Shown here piece by piece: positions 16,517-27,053 of a DNA stretch of 64,000 nt. Numbering within the stretch: position 1 is the stretch's first letter; the number at the start of each line of letters is the position of its first letter. This DNA is from Promethearchaeota archaeon (GTDB lineage Archaea > Asgardarchaeota > Hermodarchaeia > Hermodarchaeales > Hermodarchaeaceae): contig JBHLPI010000002.1 of NCBI GenBank assembly GCA_048939595.1, forward strand, positions 13,058 through 77,057. The letters run 5' to 3'. The notes below the pieces were generated by a model that had not been told where the DNA came from, made no database searches, and saw only the letters and a program-made list of their open reading frames with translations. A program made the position numbers and the translations under genes.

Positions 16517-19102
16517 CTACTTGTCAGAGCGCCCTTGATTTAGGATATTATAGATCTGTTCAGCATTTGTAATGCTTGCACCATCGACTTTGATCTCTTT
16601 GGGATGCACCAGAATTGCATGAGTTTGATTGCCTCCTACACCACCATGATTGCCAATTAGTTCTTCATAAGCCGCCACCGAGCCATCAGGGTATACAGGA
16701 CTGACAACTGTAAGGTCCCCTGCACTGGGGAACTCGGCGAGTCGTAAAAGCTGTTTCACACGGATTTCTTCTCGACCATAGGGAAGGAGGGGGTTTGTGC
16801 CATCAACTTCACCAGTTCGTAGTTCTACAGCACCTCCCTTTCCAAGAAGCACGGGACCGCGATTAGCATCGAGGACTATGACAAAGCCGACGCCTTCATG
16901 CGCAACAAGTTTCGATACAAAGCCAGGGACAGTCTTTTCGAAATCTTGTAAAGTAAGACGCGTGTTTTGTGTCTTGAAATAAATTTGGGCGAGGTTACCA
17001 GAGGCACAAACAATCACATCATCGTCTTTCAGATGCTCCCCAGTATCGACTTTGTCTTCCTGTGTCTTGTTCCGATAGAAGTGCCGTAGGGGATTTTTCG
17101 TTCCATTTCCTTCGATTTTCTCTTGCCCAGCATTAAGGTCATCGACCAGTCCACCCACATAGCCAACGTGGGCGTCAATGGCTTCGATTTCTCCGACGGA
17201 AAGTTTTCCTTCGAGGAGGTTAGCTATGAGCTCCTTAAGGGGCATATCATACCGCTGTTTGAAGGTCCAACCCGTGGATTGACCATGATCAGAGAGGATG
17301 AAGAGGTTGTATGGTCGTGGGGCGACATTCTCGATGGCATGCAGAACACGGCGAATTTGTTTATCAAGCCCCCGAAGGGATTTGAGGGCATCGGTGGTCA
17401 TTGGTCCCGAGTGATGAGCAATTTCGTCATACCCAAGGAAGGTCACATAGATCCCGGGAACACCCCGGGTGATATTAGTGATGACCATTGAGGCGGAAAT
17501 GTCGCGCATGAATATATTAGTAGCAGCCCGGACTCCAGGGTAGAATTTGTGCAATCTGTTCAAGCGAGGCTTTCGTCGCATGAGAGTTTGTTTGATGATT
17601 TGCCCAATTTCGACAAGGAGATCCCAAATGGTATAGATAATGCTGCGATTCATAGCCCACGGATTCACAAGGTAGTAGTAGAGGTCTTCACTGCGTCGTT
17701 TGGCTGCTTGAACATCTGGTTCGGAGAGGGTTGACATCGTGAAGAATGAGTAAGTAGCATCTCCGCTAACCAAATTACTCACGCTTGAACCTCCATTGCG
17801 AAGAATGCCTTTCCCATCTGATGCGCGTTTATCGATGAATTGGGCATCTGGTTGATGATTGGAGGTTAGCATGCGATCATCGGTCTTAATATACCAGCGA
17901 AATGCGGGGATATCATCGTTGTTCCCATGAAGGATTCCGGCTTGGCAAGAGGATGTCATAGAAGGAATTCCACAATCCCAGGTATCAAGTTGATGACTCC
18001 CTCGATCCAACAGGTACTGTATCGTAGGCATATACTCTCGTTTCAGGGCTTCCTGAAGGACTTCGATGCTGAGTCCATCGATTTCTAAAGCAACCATTCC
18101 GGGAGTTTGAGGAACGTCTTTAATGTCACCCACCCGTTGGATTTGTGTTGCAACGAATTGACTGAAGAAACTACTATCATCGTCAAGTCCCACGACATTA
18201 ACGATGACGGCATTAATGGCGGCAAAAATTAGTCCCGAAAGAATTGCCGCCCAGATATTGACAACTACAAATCCAGGCATGAAGGCACTTAGAATCCAAA
18301 GCAAGAAGCCGTTTAATATGAACATGAGGATAAAGGAAATAGCGAATCCTATCCACCATCGTGCAACCCATGAGACCATTTTGGTAAAAATGGGGCGGAT
18401 GAGGATATTTAGGAAAGCAATCACGGCAACAACGATGTAGGCGATACCTAGTCCACTCAGGAAATCACCTGTAAAGAGGCCTTGAATTGCGACACCGGGA
18501 TAAAGGGCTGCAGTAACAAGTAAGCTTAGGGCGTTCAGGTTCCAGATAAGGATGAGGCGTCCTATTCGAATAGTTGAATATGGTTGCTGTTCCATTTGCC
18601 AAATGAGGAAAGCCCCTACAAAAAAGACATTGATGGCTAGTACGCCAAAGAATAGACCAAGTGCAAGATCCAATATAATGAGAGGGCCACCCGGTGTGAA
18701 GGGATAAAAAAGTTTGAAGAAGTAGCTGACGACCCCACCGGTGATGGCAAGAATTGATACACCCACGCCCAGAGGAATCGCCCACGGCTTTTTGTAGGCT
18801 GTTCCCAGTGCAACGATCATACCAATGATGGATACAATGATGAGTGTGACTCCAAAAACGAAAAAGAAATTCACTAGTAAAGGCAAGTTGAGTCCAGCAT
18901 TAGCTATCTCGGTTAAGATTAGGTTGTAAAGGATGGGATCATAGACTGCCAGATAATTCAGTTGATCAATCAGATTGACAGGAAGGAGGCTGACAAGGGC
19001 TCCGATTATTGCAAAGGCAAACATGAGCACGAAATCGATGCCTGCAATAGTTCGGACAATGCGAGGAGCTAAGACGACCTCAGGGGTTGTTGATTTGCCC
19101 AT
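16517..19102 (-). CDS. Alkaline-phosphatase-superfamily phosphodiesterase / nucleotide pyrophosphatase domain fused to a large N-terminal polytopic membrane domain.
   Basis: About 330 aa of TM helices are followed by an NPP/type I PDE core (LEIDGLSIEVLQEAL...GIPSMTSSCQAGILHG...ILSDHGQ). Confidence 0.6.
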   Translation of the reverse strand: MGKSTTPEVVLAPRIVRTIAGIDFVLMFAFAIIGALVSLLPVNLIDQLNYLAVYDPILYNLILTEIANAGLNLPLLVNFFFVFGVTLIIVSIIGMIVALGTAYKKPWAIPLGVGVSILAITGGVVSYFFKLFYPFTPGGPLIILDLALGLFFGVLAINVFFVGAFLIWQMEQQPYSTIRIGRLILIWNLNALSLLVTAALYPGVAIQGLFTGDFLSGLGIAYIVVAVIAFLNILIRPIFTKMVSWVARWWIGFAISFILMFILNGFLLWILSAFMPGFVVVNIWAAILSGLIFAAINAVIVNVVGLDDDSSFFSQFVATQIQRVGDIKDVPQTPGMVALEIDGLSIEVLQEALKREYMPTIQYLLDRGSHQLDTWDCGIPSMTSSCQAGILHGNNDDIPAFRWYIKTDDRMLTSNHQPDAQFIDKRASDGKGILRNGGSSVSNLVSGDATYSFFTMSTLSEPDVQAAKRRSEDLYYYLVNPWAMNRSIIYTIWDLLVEIGQIIKQTLMRRKPRLNRLHKFYPGVRAATNIFMRDISASMVITNITRGVPGIYVTFLGYDEIAHHSGPMTTDALKSLRGLDKQIRRVLHAIENVAPRPYNLFILSDHGQSTGWTFKQRYDMPLKELIANLLEGKLSVGEIEAIDAHVGYVGGLVDDLNAGQEKIEGNGTKNPLRHFYRNKTQEDKVDTGEHLKDDDVIVCASGNLAQIYFKTQNTRLTLQDFEKTVPGFVSKLVAHEGVGFVIVLDANRGPVLLGKGGAVELRTGEVDGTNPLLPYGREEIRVKQLLRLAEFPSAGDLTVVSPVYPDGSVAAYEELIGNHGGVGGNQTHAILVHPKEIKVDGASITNAEQIYNILNQGRSDK

Positions 19103-19261
19103 AATATCGCACCTTTAGGGGTCAACAGGGGGTATCAAGAGTGTTGATGCCTATTATCTTATTGTTTTTCTGATTTTCAAATGATCTTGTGTGTGGCTGC
19201 GAAAGTTATTTGTGGCATCTCTCTAGACGGATTGCATAATTTTGCGTTTGGTGTGTTGACC

Positions 19262-21094
19262 ATGAAAGGTTGGACTGGACAGCTATTACGTGTAAATTTA
19301 ACGAATAAAGAAACTATGGTTGAAACAATTCCAAAAGATGTTGCCCTGCAGTTTGTGGGTGGTCGGGGATTTGCAGCGAAAATTCTTTGGGATGAGGTTC
19401 CTCGTGGGACCGAACCTTTGTCTCCAGGTAATAAATTCATTGCAGCCGTAGGACCGCTTTCAGGACTACCGATGCCAAATGTGGGGAAAACAGTTGTAGC
19501 GTCAAAAAGTCCATTGACAGGTATTTATGGTGATGGAAATTTGGGGTCTCATTTTGGTGCTCAACTACGTCGATCAGGTTACGATTTGGTTGTCATCGAA
19601 GGGAAAGCGGAGAAGCCTGTTTATATTCTCATTGAAGATGCTAATGTTCAAATTTTGGATGCAGATAAGTTATGGGGAAAAGGAGCTTTTGAGGCTGAAC
19701 AGAAACTAGAGGATTTACATGGCAAGAATATTGGCACCTTAATGATTGGGCAAGGCGGCGAGAACTTAGTAAAGTATGCTGTAGTTCGTTCTATGATGGG
19801 ACGAGCTGGGGGGCGACCTGGTATGGGTGCCGTTATGGGTTCTAAACACCTGAAGGCGTTAGTTGCCAAAGGAAGTAAGAGTCCAGAAATTGCTGACCCT
19901 GAAGCTTTTCGACAATTAGGTCGGGAAGGTTTCAAAGACATTCGCGAGAAGCCTAGTTATGATCACTGGATGACTCAAGGAACCATGCTAATTCACGCGT
20001 GGTGTCAAGAATATAGTGTCTTGCCCAGTTACAATTTCAAGGAGGGACAATTCGAACACGCGGAAGCATTGAATGGGGATACTATGGAGGCTATGAAAGA
20101 AAAGACCCATGGCTGTCCTAGTTGTACCATGCAATGCGGTCACTGCGTTAAGGACGCTGAAGGGAAATTGGCTGAACTTGATTACGAAAATGTTGCCCTC
20201 CTAGGTTCAAATATTGGGATGCGAGATCTCCGCGAAGTCGCAACATTGAATCGATTGGCTGATGAATATGGACTCGATACAATTTCTCTTGGGAATACAA
20301 TTGGGTTTGCCATGGAAGCATCGGAGAGAGGACTTCTCAAAGAGAAGCTCGATTGGGGAGACTATCAGGCTGTAAAGCAGCTCATTACTGATATTGCCTT
20401 CCGACGGGGAACCCTCGGGTCAGCGCTTGCAGAGGGAACCCGCAATTTTGCCCAAACACTCGGTAAGAATGCTTTGGATTTTGCTATGCAAATCAAAGGG
20501 CTTGAAATTTCTGGCTATGATTGTCATGCAGCCCCAGGCATGGCCCTAGCATTTGGTGTATGTTCAATTGGTGCACATCACAAGGAGAGCTGGATAATTA
20601 CCTATGAAGTGGACGTGGGTCGAGAATCCTATGATGAGAACAAAGTAGACAAGGTCATAGAACTCCAACGCATTCGAGGGGGTATGTTCGAACAACTCGT
20701 TGGCTGTAGATTTCCTTGGATCGAAGTGGGTTTTGGCCTTGAATGGTACCCCAAATACTTTGCCGCTGCAACCGGGTTAAAATGGACTTTGGATGACTTT
20801 TGGACTATTGCCGACCGAGTCTACTCGCTAGTTCGTTCCTATGGAGTTCGCGAGTTGAATGGTGAATGGGACCAAATGTTAGACCATCCCCCTGCTCGCT
20901 GGTTTAAAGAACCCTTGTCTTGCGGGCCACTGACAGGTGCAACGCTGGACAAGGCGGGTTATGAGCAGATGCTCTCCTGGTATTATCAAAAACGAGGATG
21001 GGATGACCGTGGAATCCCTACAAAGAAACGCCTTCGAGAGCAGGGTCTTGATTGGGTTATTCCTGGCCTTGAAGAAGTAACAAACCTAACTTAA
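19262..21094 (+). CDS. aor: Aldehyde:ferredoxin oxidoreductase (tungsten-containing AOR family).
   Basis: The N terminus MKGWTGQLLRVNLTNKETMVETIP...GGRGFAAKILWDEV is diagnostic for the AOR family. The ORF track starts 27 codons earlier. Confidence 0.85.
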   Translation: MKGWTGQLLRVNLTNKETMVETIPKDVALQFVGGRGFAAKILWDEVPRGTEPLSPGNKFIAAVGPLSGLPMPNVGKTVVASKSPLTGIYGDGNLGSHFGAQLRRSGYDLVVIEGKAEKPVYILIEDANVQILDADKLWGKGAFEAEQKLEDLHGKNIGTLMIGQGGENLVKYAVVRSMMGRAGGRPGMGAVMGSKHLKALVAKGSKSPEIADPEAFRQLGREGFKDIREKPSYDHWMTQGTMLIHAWCQEYSVLPSYNFKEGQFEHAEALNGDTMEAMKEKTHGCPSCTMQCGHCVKDAEGKLAELDYENVALLGSNIGMRDLREVATLNRLADEYGLDTISLGNTIGFAMEASERGLLKEKLDWGDYQAVKQLITDIAFRRGTLGSALAEGTRNFAQTLGKNALDFAMQIKGLEISGYDCHAAPGMALAFGVCSIGAHHKESWIITYEVDVGRESYDENKVDKVIELQRIRGGMFEQLVGCRFPWIEVGFGLEWYPKYFAAATGLKWTLDDFWTIADRVYSLVRSYGVRELNGEWDQMLDHPPARWFKEPLSCGPLTGATLDKAGYEQMLSWYYQKRGWDDRGIPTKKRLREQGLDWVIPGLEEVTNLT

Positions 21095-21116
21095 CCAGCG
21101 TTTCTCGGAAACGTTC

Positions 21117-21674
21117 CTAATCAGCTTTATCAGCGAAACTGATTCGAAAGACACAATGAGAGGCCCCTTGGAGGCGACTCTCAATTTGGGTAACACGAGC
21201 CACGTAGAGAACCTGAAGATTATCAATCCAATGCTGAAGAAGTCCCTCAAGCATTCCTGAGACAAGTTCGCAATATCGGAGATCCATTTCTGCTTCGAAG
21301 GTATCCTGAGAGCATATTGGGCAAGATTTGGTTCGAAGCAGAAGAGTTCGATCATCGGTAAACTCCATGGAATCCGGTGGAGCACCAGTGGCTAATTTCC
21401 AATTCCGTGCTAGATACTCATCAACACGGTTCAAAAAAAGGTCAGCAGAATTGGGATAGAAATCTTCTTGAGGTTCTCCATAACGAGCTACCAGCCCGAG
21501 TAAAAGAGGTGTTGTCACGGTTTTTCCTAGCGAATGAAGAGCGCGTTCGATTGCGGTAGGGTTACCTGCATGTTCAACAGAAAGAGCTTCGACTAATCGA
21601 AGATAAAAGATTGGCATTAGGGGGCCTGAGAATAGTGGTGGTCTTTCCTGTGTGATTTCATCCTCGGGTGTCAT
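21117..21674 (-). CDS. V4R-domain protein.
   Basis: The C-terminal motif LLLRTKSCPICSQ...EAEMDLRYCELVSGMLEGLL fits the V4R pattern Cp.C......C....G...G. Confidence 0.5.
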   Translation of the reverse strand: MTPEDEITQERPPLFSGPLMPIFYLRLVEALSVEHAGNPTAIERALHSLGKTVTTPLLLGLVARYGEPQEDFYPNSADLFLNRVDEYLARNWKLATGAPPDSMEFTDDRTLLLRTKSCPICSQDTFEAEMDLRYCELVSGMLEGLLQHWIDNLQVLYVARVTQIESRLQGASHCVFRISFADKAD

Positions 21675-21715
21675 TCTTGACCATTCTCCATCAGCTGAAC
21701 AAATTATTCCAGTTG

Positions 21716-22963
21716 TTAGTCATTGTTTTCAGAAGCATCATCTTTTTCTTCCGTAGCTTTTTCAGATTTTTCGGGGATTTTCGCCTTCGCCTTTTCCTTG
21801 CGGGGTGTTCTGGCAGGAGCACGCTCACGGAGTTGACGCTCTGCTTCCGCTAACGGACCAGTTGGAATTGTTGCAGGTAAGGTGGGAGCCTGTCCGGTTT
21901 TTTCAGCAATTTCTACAGACTTCTCAGCCCATAATACTTGTGCTGGGTGTACCCCAGCTACACGCCAGTAGAAGAAGCGGTCCCATAGTTTCTCTTCAAT
22001 AGATAATACGCCAGCTGATAGAGACACAAGGTTTAAGCCCAGTCGTTGAAAAGCCTTTGCTACGATTTTCCGGACTTCATCTCGAATTTCTGCTTCATCT
22101 CGTAAAGCGCTCATGAATTCGTGCTCAGAAAACTTATCTCGCATAACATTGTCGATTAGAGTCTTGAGATATTCTACTAGCTCCTGGGAATTCATCGGAA
22201 TACGCTGTTCATGGAGATTTGAAATGAGTTCTCGGGCATCATCGACGACAAAGGCGAAAAGAAGTCCATAAGGTTCCTGGAGCCGAACCGACCGTTGAAA
22301 GATGGTCTTGGCCTCTTTTCCTTCCCCAGTAGTTACTGGTATATCAAATTCTTCTCGGCGCCAGGACTTGCCAGTCCACGTGAGTCGAGCAAGGTCAGAG
22401 GTTTGAGTAACACCAGTATTTGCATAGACATGAACACGTCCAGTGTAGATATAGACAATATTAGTTTTGAACCCTTGTCCTCGCCAGCCTGTCTTAATCA
22501 GAGGTGATGGAAAGGTTTCGATGGTATAGGGAGTTTCGCTGGGTTCCCAAATCTCATATACTTTGAATTCGCGATTGCCGTTATTGAATTCTTCACCATA
22601 TGCACAGCAAAGCCAATCGGGGGGAACATAGATTTTTGCATCTTTTTCAAGGATTTCGATTTGCTCCATATCCCGCTCCAAATCTGGAGGGTGGTAGATA
22701 AAGAGAGGTAGCCGCGAATCTGATTCTTGGATTTCGGTCCCAGATGGGAGCTTGCGAGTTATTGTGTTGCCGGTAGAAAAGCCACCAAAGGCGGCAAGCC
22801 GAGTGAGTCGCCGAAAAGCGCGGATTGCTTGGGCGCCACGATCCTTGTGTGGGGCTTGGATCATTTGTGTCCAATACGTTTGTCCACCAAGGTCACCGAT
22901 AGGTATACTGGGGTTGGGACCAAGATGAGGATCTGGTGCCATTAAACAGATAGTTTTTGCCAC
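21716..22963 (-). CDS. Hypothetical protein of 415 aa with a K/E-rich disordered C-terminal tail.
   Basis: I recognise no family. The middle region is weakly SPFH-like, and the tail is charged (KEKAKAKIPEKSEKATEEKDD). Confidence 0.4.
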   Translation of the reverse strand: MAKTICLMAPDPHLGPNPSIPIGDLGGQTYWTQMIQAPHKDRGAQAIRAFRRLTRLAAFGGFSTGNTITRKLPSGTEIQESDSRLPLFIYHPPDLERDMEQIEILEKDAKIYVPPDWLCCAYGEEFNNGNREFKVYEIWEPSETPYTIETFPSPLIKTGWRGQGFKTNIVYIYTGRVHVYANTGVTQTSDLARLTWTGKSWRREEFDIPVTTGEGKEAKTIFQRSVRLQEPYGLLFAFVVDDARELISNLHEQRIPMNSQELVEYLKTLIDNVMRDKFSEHEFMSALRDEAEIRDEVRKIVAKAFQRLGLNLVSLSAGVLSIEEKLWDRFFYWRVAGVHPAQVLWAEKSVEIAEKTGQAPTLPATIPTGPLAEAERQLRERAPARTPRKEKAKAKIPEKSEKATEEKDDASENND

Positions 22964-23025
22964 AGTGAAAGCCTCCTTCGCATATTTGCGAATACGTCTA
23001 ACTTCAAATAACTATTGGTGAAAGG

Positions 23026-23874
23026 TCAAAATCCCGTGATTTCATACCGGTCTCCAAGTCGTTCTGCTTTTGATTCCTCCTTACTACGCCAATCTTCGAT
23101 GAATTGTTGGGTTTTGTGTTGAATAACCGAATTGGCGGATTGGGCAATCCAATCCATGGAGATATGCACATGATCTCCACGGAGTACAACAGTTCTTGCC
23201 ACCGCATCATAATACCCCCCTTGCCCCTTTTTCCCTAGGTAGGAGACAAAGGTCGTGAATAACTTTTGAGCCTTATTGTTATAACTTTGTAGCATACTCT
23301 CAGGAACTGCGGTCATTTGTCTAATAATGCGCTTTCCAATGAGGTCATAGATGGCGGTTTCTGTTGTAGATTCATGTTTGACTCCACTTTCTAACAGTGT
23401 GTAGAAGTCAATGGGTCCAGTGAAACAGCTCTTAAAGAAGTCATGGCTGGTTCGCTGAAAATCGAGCAACTCACCTGTTGCCTTAATGTAGATAACCTCT
23501 TGCACACCATCAGAGCGCTCCACAACGAGGCTGATATGTTTCTTCCATTTACTGTAACTTTCTGGATTTTCCTGGAGTTCGGAAAGAAACACCAGAGGTG
23601 CATTGAAGAAGACTTTGCTGTGTTTGAACGCTTTTTCTAATTCGCCCTTATATGCTTCAGTTGGTGGAAGACCTTGAACTTCTGCAACGAATGCAGCTCG
23701 AAAGCTTGTCAGGATGAAATGACCATCCTGACCCTTCACCATCAAAGATTCTCTCCCTGCTCGAACGCCTTTGGCAATTTTAGCTTTTGCAACGAGGAGT
23801 AACGTTTCATCAGCTTTGGGGAGAATGCTTTTTGCAATGGTCAGTTTTTCAGTTGGTTCCAGTTCCCAAGTCAA
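23026..23874 (-). CDS. Hypothetical protein of 282 aa, possibly containing PH-like (bPH/GRAM-type) domains.
   Basis: Two segments resemble the bacterial PH-domain pattern (G.FILTSFRAAFV and TVVLRGDHVHISMDW). The call is weak. Confidence 0.35.
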   Translation of the reverse strand: MTWELEPTEKLTIAKSILPKADETLLLVAKAKIAKGVRAGRESLMVKGQDGHFILTSFRAAFVAEVQGLPPTEAYKGELEKAFKHSKVFFNAPLVFLSELQENPESYSKWKKHISLVVERSDGVQEVIYIKATGELLDFQRTSHDFFKSCFTGPIDFYTLLESGVKHESTTETAIYDLIGKRIIRQMTAVPESMLQSYNNKAQKLFTTFVSYLGKKGQGGYYDAVARTVVLRGDHVHISMDWIAQSANSVIQHKTQQFIEDWRSKEESKAERLGDRYEITGF

Positions 23875-23919
23875 TGAGATTTACCTTCCTTTCTTTATTG
23901 TATAATTTGAGTTATTTCA

Positions 23920-26070
23920 TTATTGTCCTAGAAAACGAGCCGCAAACTGAGTGAATTGATCCAATGTTTCCGGGGTTATACTTGGTCCTGTGGATTCAAT
24001 AGCCTCATAGAAATGTGCCATATTGACTCGTGTCGCCTCTAAATTTGTTCGCAGCACGGCCAGAACGGCTTTGCGACAGATGTTTTGGATATCAGCCCCT
24101 GAGAAACCTTCTGTGGCTGAAGCGAGTTGTTCAGTTCTTACATCCTCAGCGAGAGGCATGTTTCGGGTGTGAACCTTAAAGATAGCCTGGCGTGCTGCTT
24201 GGTTGGGGGGTGGTGTGAAAATGAAAATATCGAACCGCCCTGGACGTAAAAGTGCAGTATCAATCATATCAGGACGATTAGTAGCTGCAAGCACGACAAC
24301 GCTTTCGAGTTGTTCCATTCCATCCATTTCTACAAGGAGCTGGTTGACAATACGTTCACTAACGCGACTATCGAATCCAGATCCACGACGTGGTGCTATG
24401 TTGTCTAGTTCATCAATGAAAAGAACCGAGGGAGCAGCCTGCCTGGCGCGGCGAAAGATTTCTGCAATAATTTTTTCCGATTCGCCAACCCATTTGCTCA
24501 TTACTTCAGCGCCTCGAATGCTGATGAAATTCGCTTGACTTTCAGTAGCCACTGCTTTTGCAAGAAGCGTCTTACCAGTTCCTGGGGGGCCAAAGAGCAA
24601 GACACCTTTTGGAGGAGTAATATTGAATCGTTGAAAAATATCAGGGCGATTGATGGGTAATTCTACGGCTTCTCGGAGAGCCTGTTTTGCAGATTCCATT
24701 CCACCTACATCCTCCCAGCGAACCATGGGAATCTCAATGGTAATTTCTCGAAGAGCTGAAGGTTCAACGAGTTGACGTGCATTTTTGAAATCTTCAGCAT
24801 TAACTACAATTTGGTTAATCATATCTGGGGGGACTTGCATATGCGATTCTTCAATTTTGGGTAGCATACGGCGGAGAGCACTTAGAGCAGCTTCCTTCAC
24901 CAGAAAGGCTAAATCGGAACCGACGAAGCCATGCGTTCCTTGGGCAATGCTGTGGAGATTAACGGAATCATCGAGAGGTACACCCCTTGTGTGAACTTTA
25001 AGAATATCATAGCGACCGTGTTGATCAGGAACGGAAATATGAATTTCCCGGTCAAAGCGTCCTGGGCGGCGCAGTGCTGGATCAACTGCGTCTAATCGGT
25101 TGGTAGCTGCAAGGACGAAAACCTGATCCCGATCTTGAAGTCCATCCATGAGAGTAAGTAGTTGGGCTACAATCCGACTTTCCATGCCTCCAGATTCCCG
25201 TCGAGAAGCAATGGCATCAATTTCATCAATGAAGATAATTGCAGGTTTATTTTTTTCAGCCTCTTGAAAGGCATCTCGAAGAAATTTCTCGGATTCCCCA
25301 TAATATTGACTCACTATTTCGGGACCATTGATAGCACGGAAGAATGCTTCGCTTTCAGTAGCCACCGTCTTAGCGAGAAGTGTTTTGCCACAACCCGGTG
25401 GTCCGTGGAGAAGTACCCCACGAGGAGCTTGGATTTTTAATCGAGCAAAGAGTTCGGGATGACGTATTGGGAGCTCGACAATTTCTCTAATACGAGAAAT
25501 TGCTTCATCAAGACCCCCCACATCATCATAGGTAACGGTTGCAATAGGAGTAACCTCTTCAGGAGCTTCTTTGTGCAGTTGTAGATCTGTATTTGTACTA
25601 ACGACTACATTTCCAGCAGGAACTGTTTTGGCAACATAGAACTTGGCTTCACCTAATGCGAACGCAGCTCGCCCTACGGCGATGATTATATCTTTCTTAA
25701 CTGGTTTATCAAGAAGGTTGGTTTTCAGTAGTGCTGTGGCTAGCTCTTGGCGGTAATTGATTTCTTCACCCTTAAGCGGGGTTAATATCACAGTGCGTGC
25801 AGGTTGAGCCTCAGTTTTTTGCACGGTTACGATATCTCCGATTCGAACGCCAGCATTCAGTCGAGTTAACCCGTCCATCTTTATGACGTTCTGGTTCTGG
25901 AGGGTGGCATCGCGGATTGCTTTTGCGCACACACTTTTTTTCCCGACTATCTCGAGGAGAGACTCATCTGCGAGTTGGAGTTGGTCTAACACATTAGGAT
26001 CTAATCGGACTGTGAATCGTCCCACATCAACAGCACTTGCTTCGGCAACTCGTACAGATGCTACACTCAT
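23920..26070 (-). CDS. cdc48: CDC48/VCP-like AAA+ ATPase with two AAA domains.
   Basis: A CDC48 N-domain is present (VRLDPNVLDQL). Two Walker A motifs are GPPGCGKTLLAKTVA and GPPGTGKTLLAKAVA, with second-region-of-homology motifs. The start is probably MSVASVRVAEA at 26070; the ORF track extends it to 26103. Confidence 0.9.
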   Translation of the reverse strand: MSVASVRVAEASAVDVGRFTVRLDPNVLDQLQLADESLLEIVGKKSVCAKAIRDATLQNQNVIKMDGLTRLNAGVRIGDIVTVQKTEAQPARTVILTPLKGEEINYRQELATALLKTNLLDKPVKKDIIIAVGRAAFALGEAKFYVAKTVPAGNVVVSTNTDLQLHKEAPEEVTPIATVTYDDVGGLDEAISRIREIVELPIRHPELFARLKIQAPRGVLLHGPPGCGKTLLAKTVATESEAFFRAINGPEIVSQYYGESEKFLRDAFQEAEKNKPAIIFIDEIDAIASRRESGGMESRIVAQLLTLMDGLQDRDQVFVLAATNRLDAVDPALRRPGRFDREIHISVPDQHGRYDILKVHTRGVPLDDSVNLHSIAQGTHGFVGSDLAFLVKEAALSALRRMLPKIEESHMQVPPDMINQIVVNAEDFKNARQLVEPSALREITIEIPMVRWEDVGGMESAKQALREAVELPINRPDIFQRFNITPPKGVLLFGPPGTGKTLLAKAVATESQANFISIRGAEVMSKWVGESEKIIAEIFRRARQAAPSVLFIDELDNIAPRRGSGFDSRVSERIVNQLLVEMDGMEQLESVVVLAATNRPDMIDTALLRPGRFDIFIFTPPPNQAARQAIFKVHTRNMPLAEDVRTEQLASATEGFSGADIQNICRKAVLAVLRTNLEATRVNMAHFYEAIESTGPSITPETLDQFTQFAARFLGQ

Positions 26071-26162
26071 TTTAGCCACACACCAATGAGACCATAGCTT
26101 CAAGGTTTCTTGGTATTACCCACGCGAGTAGCATATTTAACTCCGGCGCCTGATAGGGGAAT

Positions 26163-27053
26163 ATGGGTCGAAATACTATGTCTGCCACAAAACCGCCTGC
26201 AATCCTCTTTGATGTAGGTCATAATGAAGAATTGACCCTTGTAGAACCTGAATTAGCATTTTTAGCTCAGCTTTTGGAAGCGAATGGATTTGCCCTTTCC
26301 ACAGATACTACTTCTCTTTCAAGTGATGAGTTATCACAGTATCAGGTTGTTGTTGTGGGCAATCCGTTTAAATCCAAATTGAACTCAGATGAAATCTCAG
26401 CCTTACGCTCCTATGTTGAAGTAGGTCGGGGCTTGCTTTTGGTAAGTGGCGCGACGATTTTTGGAAAAGGAGGTGATATAGCACGAAGTACTAATCTCAA
26501 TGATCTGGCAAGATTGTTTGGATTTGAATTTTCAAATAAATCTCTTGAGCCGCCACCTGAGGGCGAAGGGGATTTTTTTCATGCGGTTCCAGCAGGGAAC
26601 CATCCCGTACTTGCAGGCGTTGGTTCTTTGATATTAAGTTCAGGGACCACTCTTGTTGCGGAGGACGCAGACACTCATCTCTTTCGAGTATCAAGCAGTC
26701 TAGGAGCTCCTACCATTGCTATTGCGACAAGTTTCAAAAAAGGACGGGTTGCTGCCTTTGGTGGAGGAACCTTCTTTTTCAATGACTACATTGCAGCAGG
26801 GGATCACGAAAAATTTATCGTGCAGCTTTTTCGGTGGCTTGCTGGTGAGCCGATTGATTTACCAGTTCAAAAAGTTACCAAAGCATCAGCTATAATGGAT
26901 GAAGTGACAGCGACTGAAGCAATCGAGGAATTACGAGAACAACTTGATAAAATCGAAGACGAGTTGTCTAGCTTGAAAGAGGTTATCCATTCGAGTATCA
27001 AAGAAATGGAAAAAATGGTCCGAGAATTACAAGATAAAGATAAGGAGACTTAA
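26163..27053 (+). CDS. DUF4350/GldG-N-like (class I GATase-like fold) protein with a C-terminal coiled coil.
   Basis: The stretch LFDVGHNE...VVVVGNPFKS...LLLVSGA resembles the ABC-type uncharacterized transport system domain. The C terminus is heptad-rich (EELREQLDKIEDELSSLKEVIHSSIKEMEKMVRELQ). Confidence 0.45.
   Translation: MGRNTMSATKPPAILFDVGHNEELTLVEPELAFLAQLLEANGFALSTDTTSLSSDELSQYQVVVVGNPFKSKLNSDEISALRSYVEVGRGLLLVSGATIFGKGGDIARSTNLNDLARLFGFEFSNKSLEPPPEGEGDFFHAVPAGNHPVLAGVGSLILSSGTTLVAEDADTHLFRVSSSLGAPTIAIATSFKKGRVAAFGGGTFFFNDYIAAGDHEKFIVQLFRWLAGEPIDLPVQKVTKASAIMDEVTATEAIEELREQLDKIEDELSSLKEVIHSSIKEMEKMVRELQDKDKET

Noticed and set aside
19181-19261. The 27-codon N-terminal extension of the AOR ORF in the ORF track.
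   Set aside because: The conserved AOR N terminus starts at MKGWTG (19262). The extension is hydrophobic and not part of the family.
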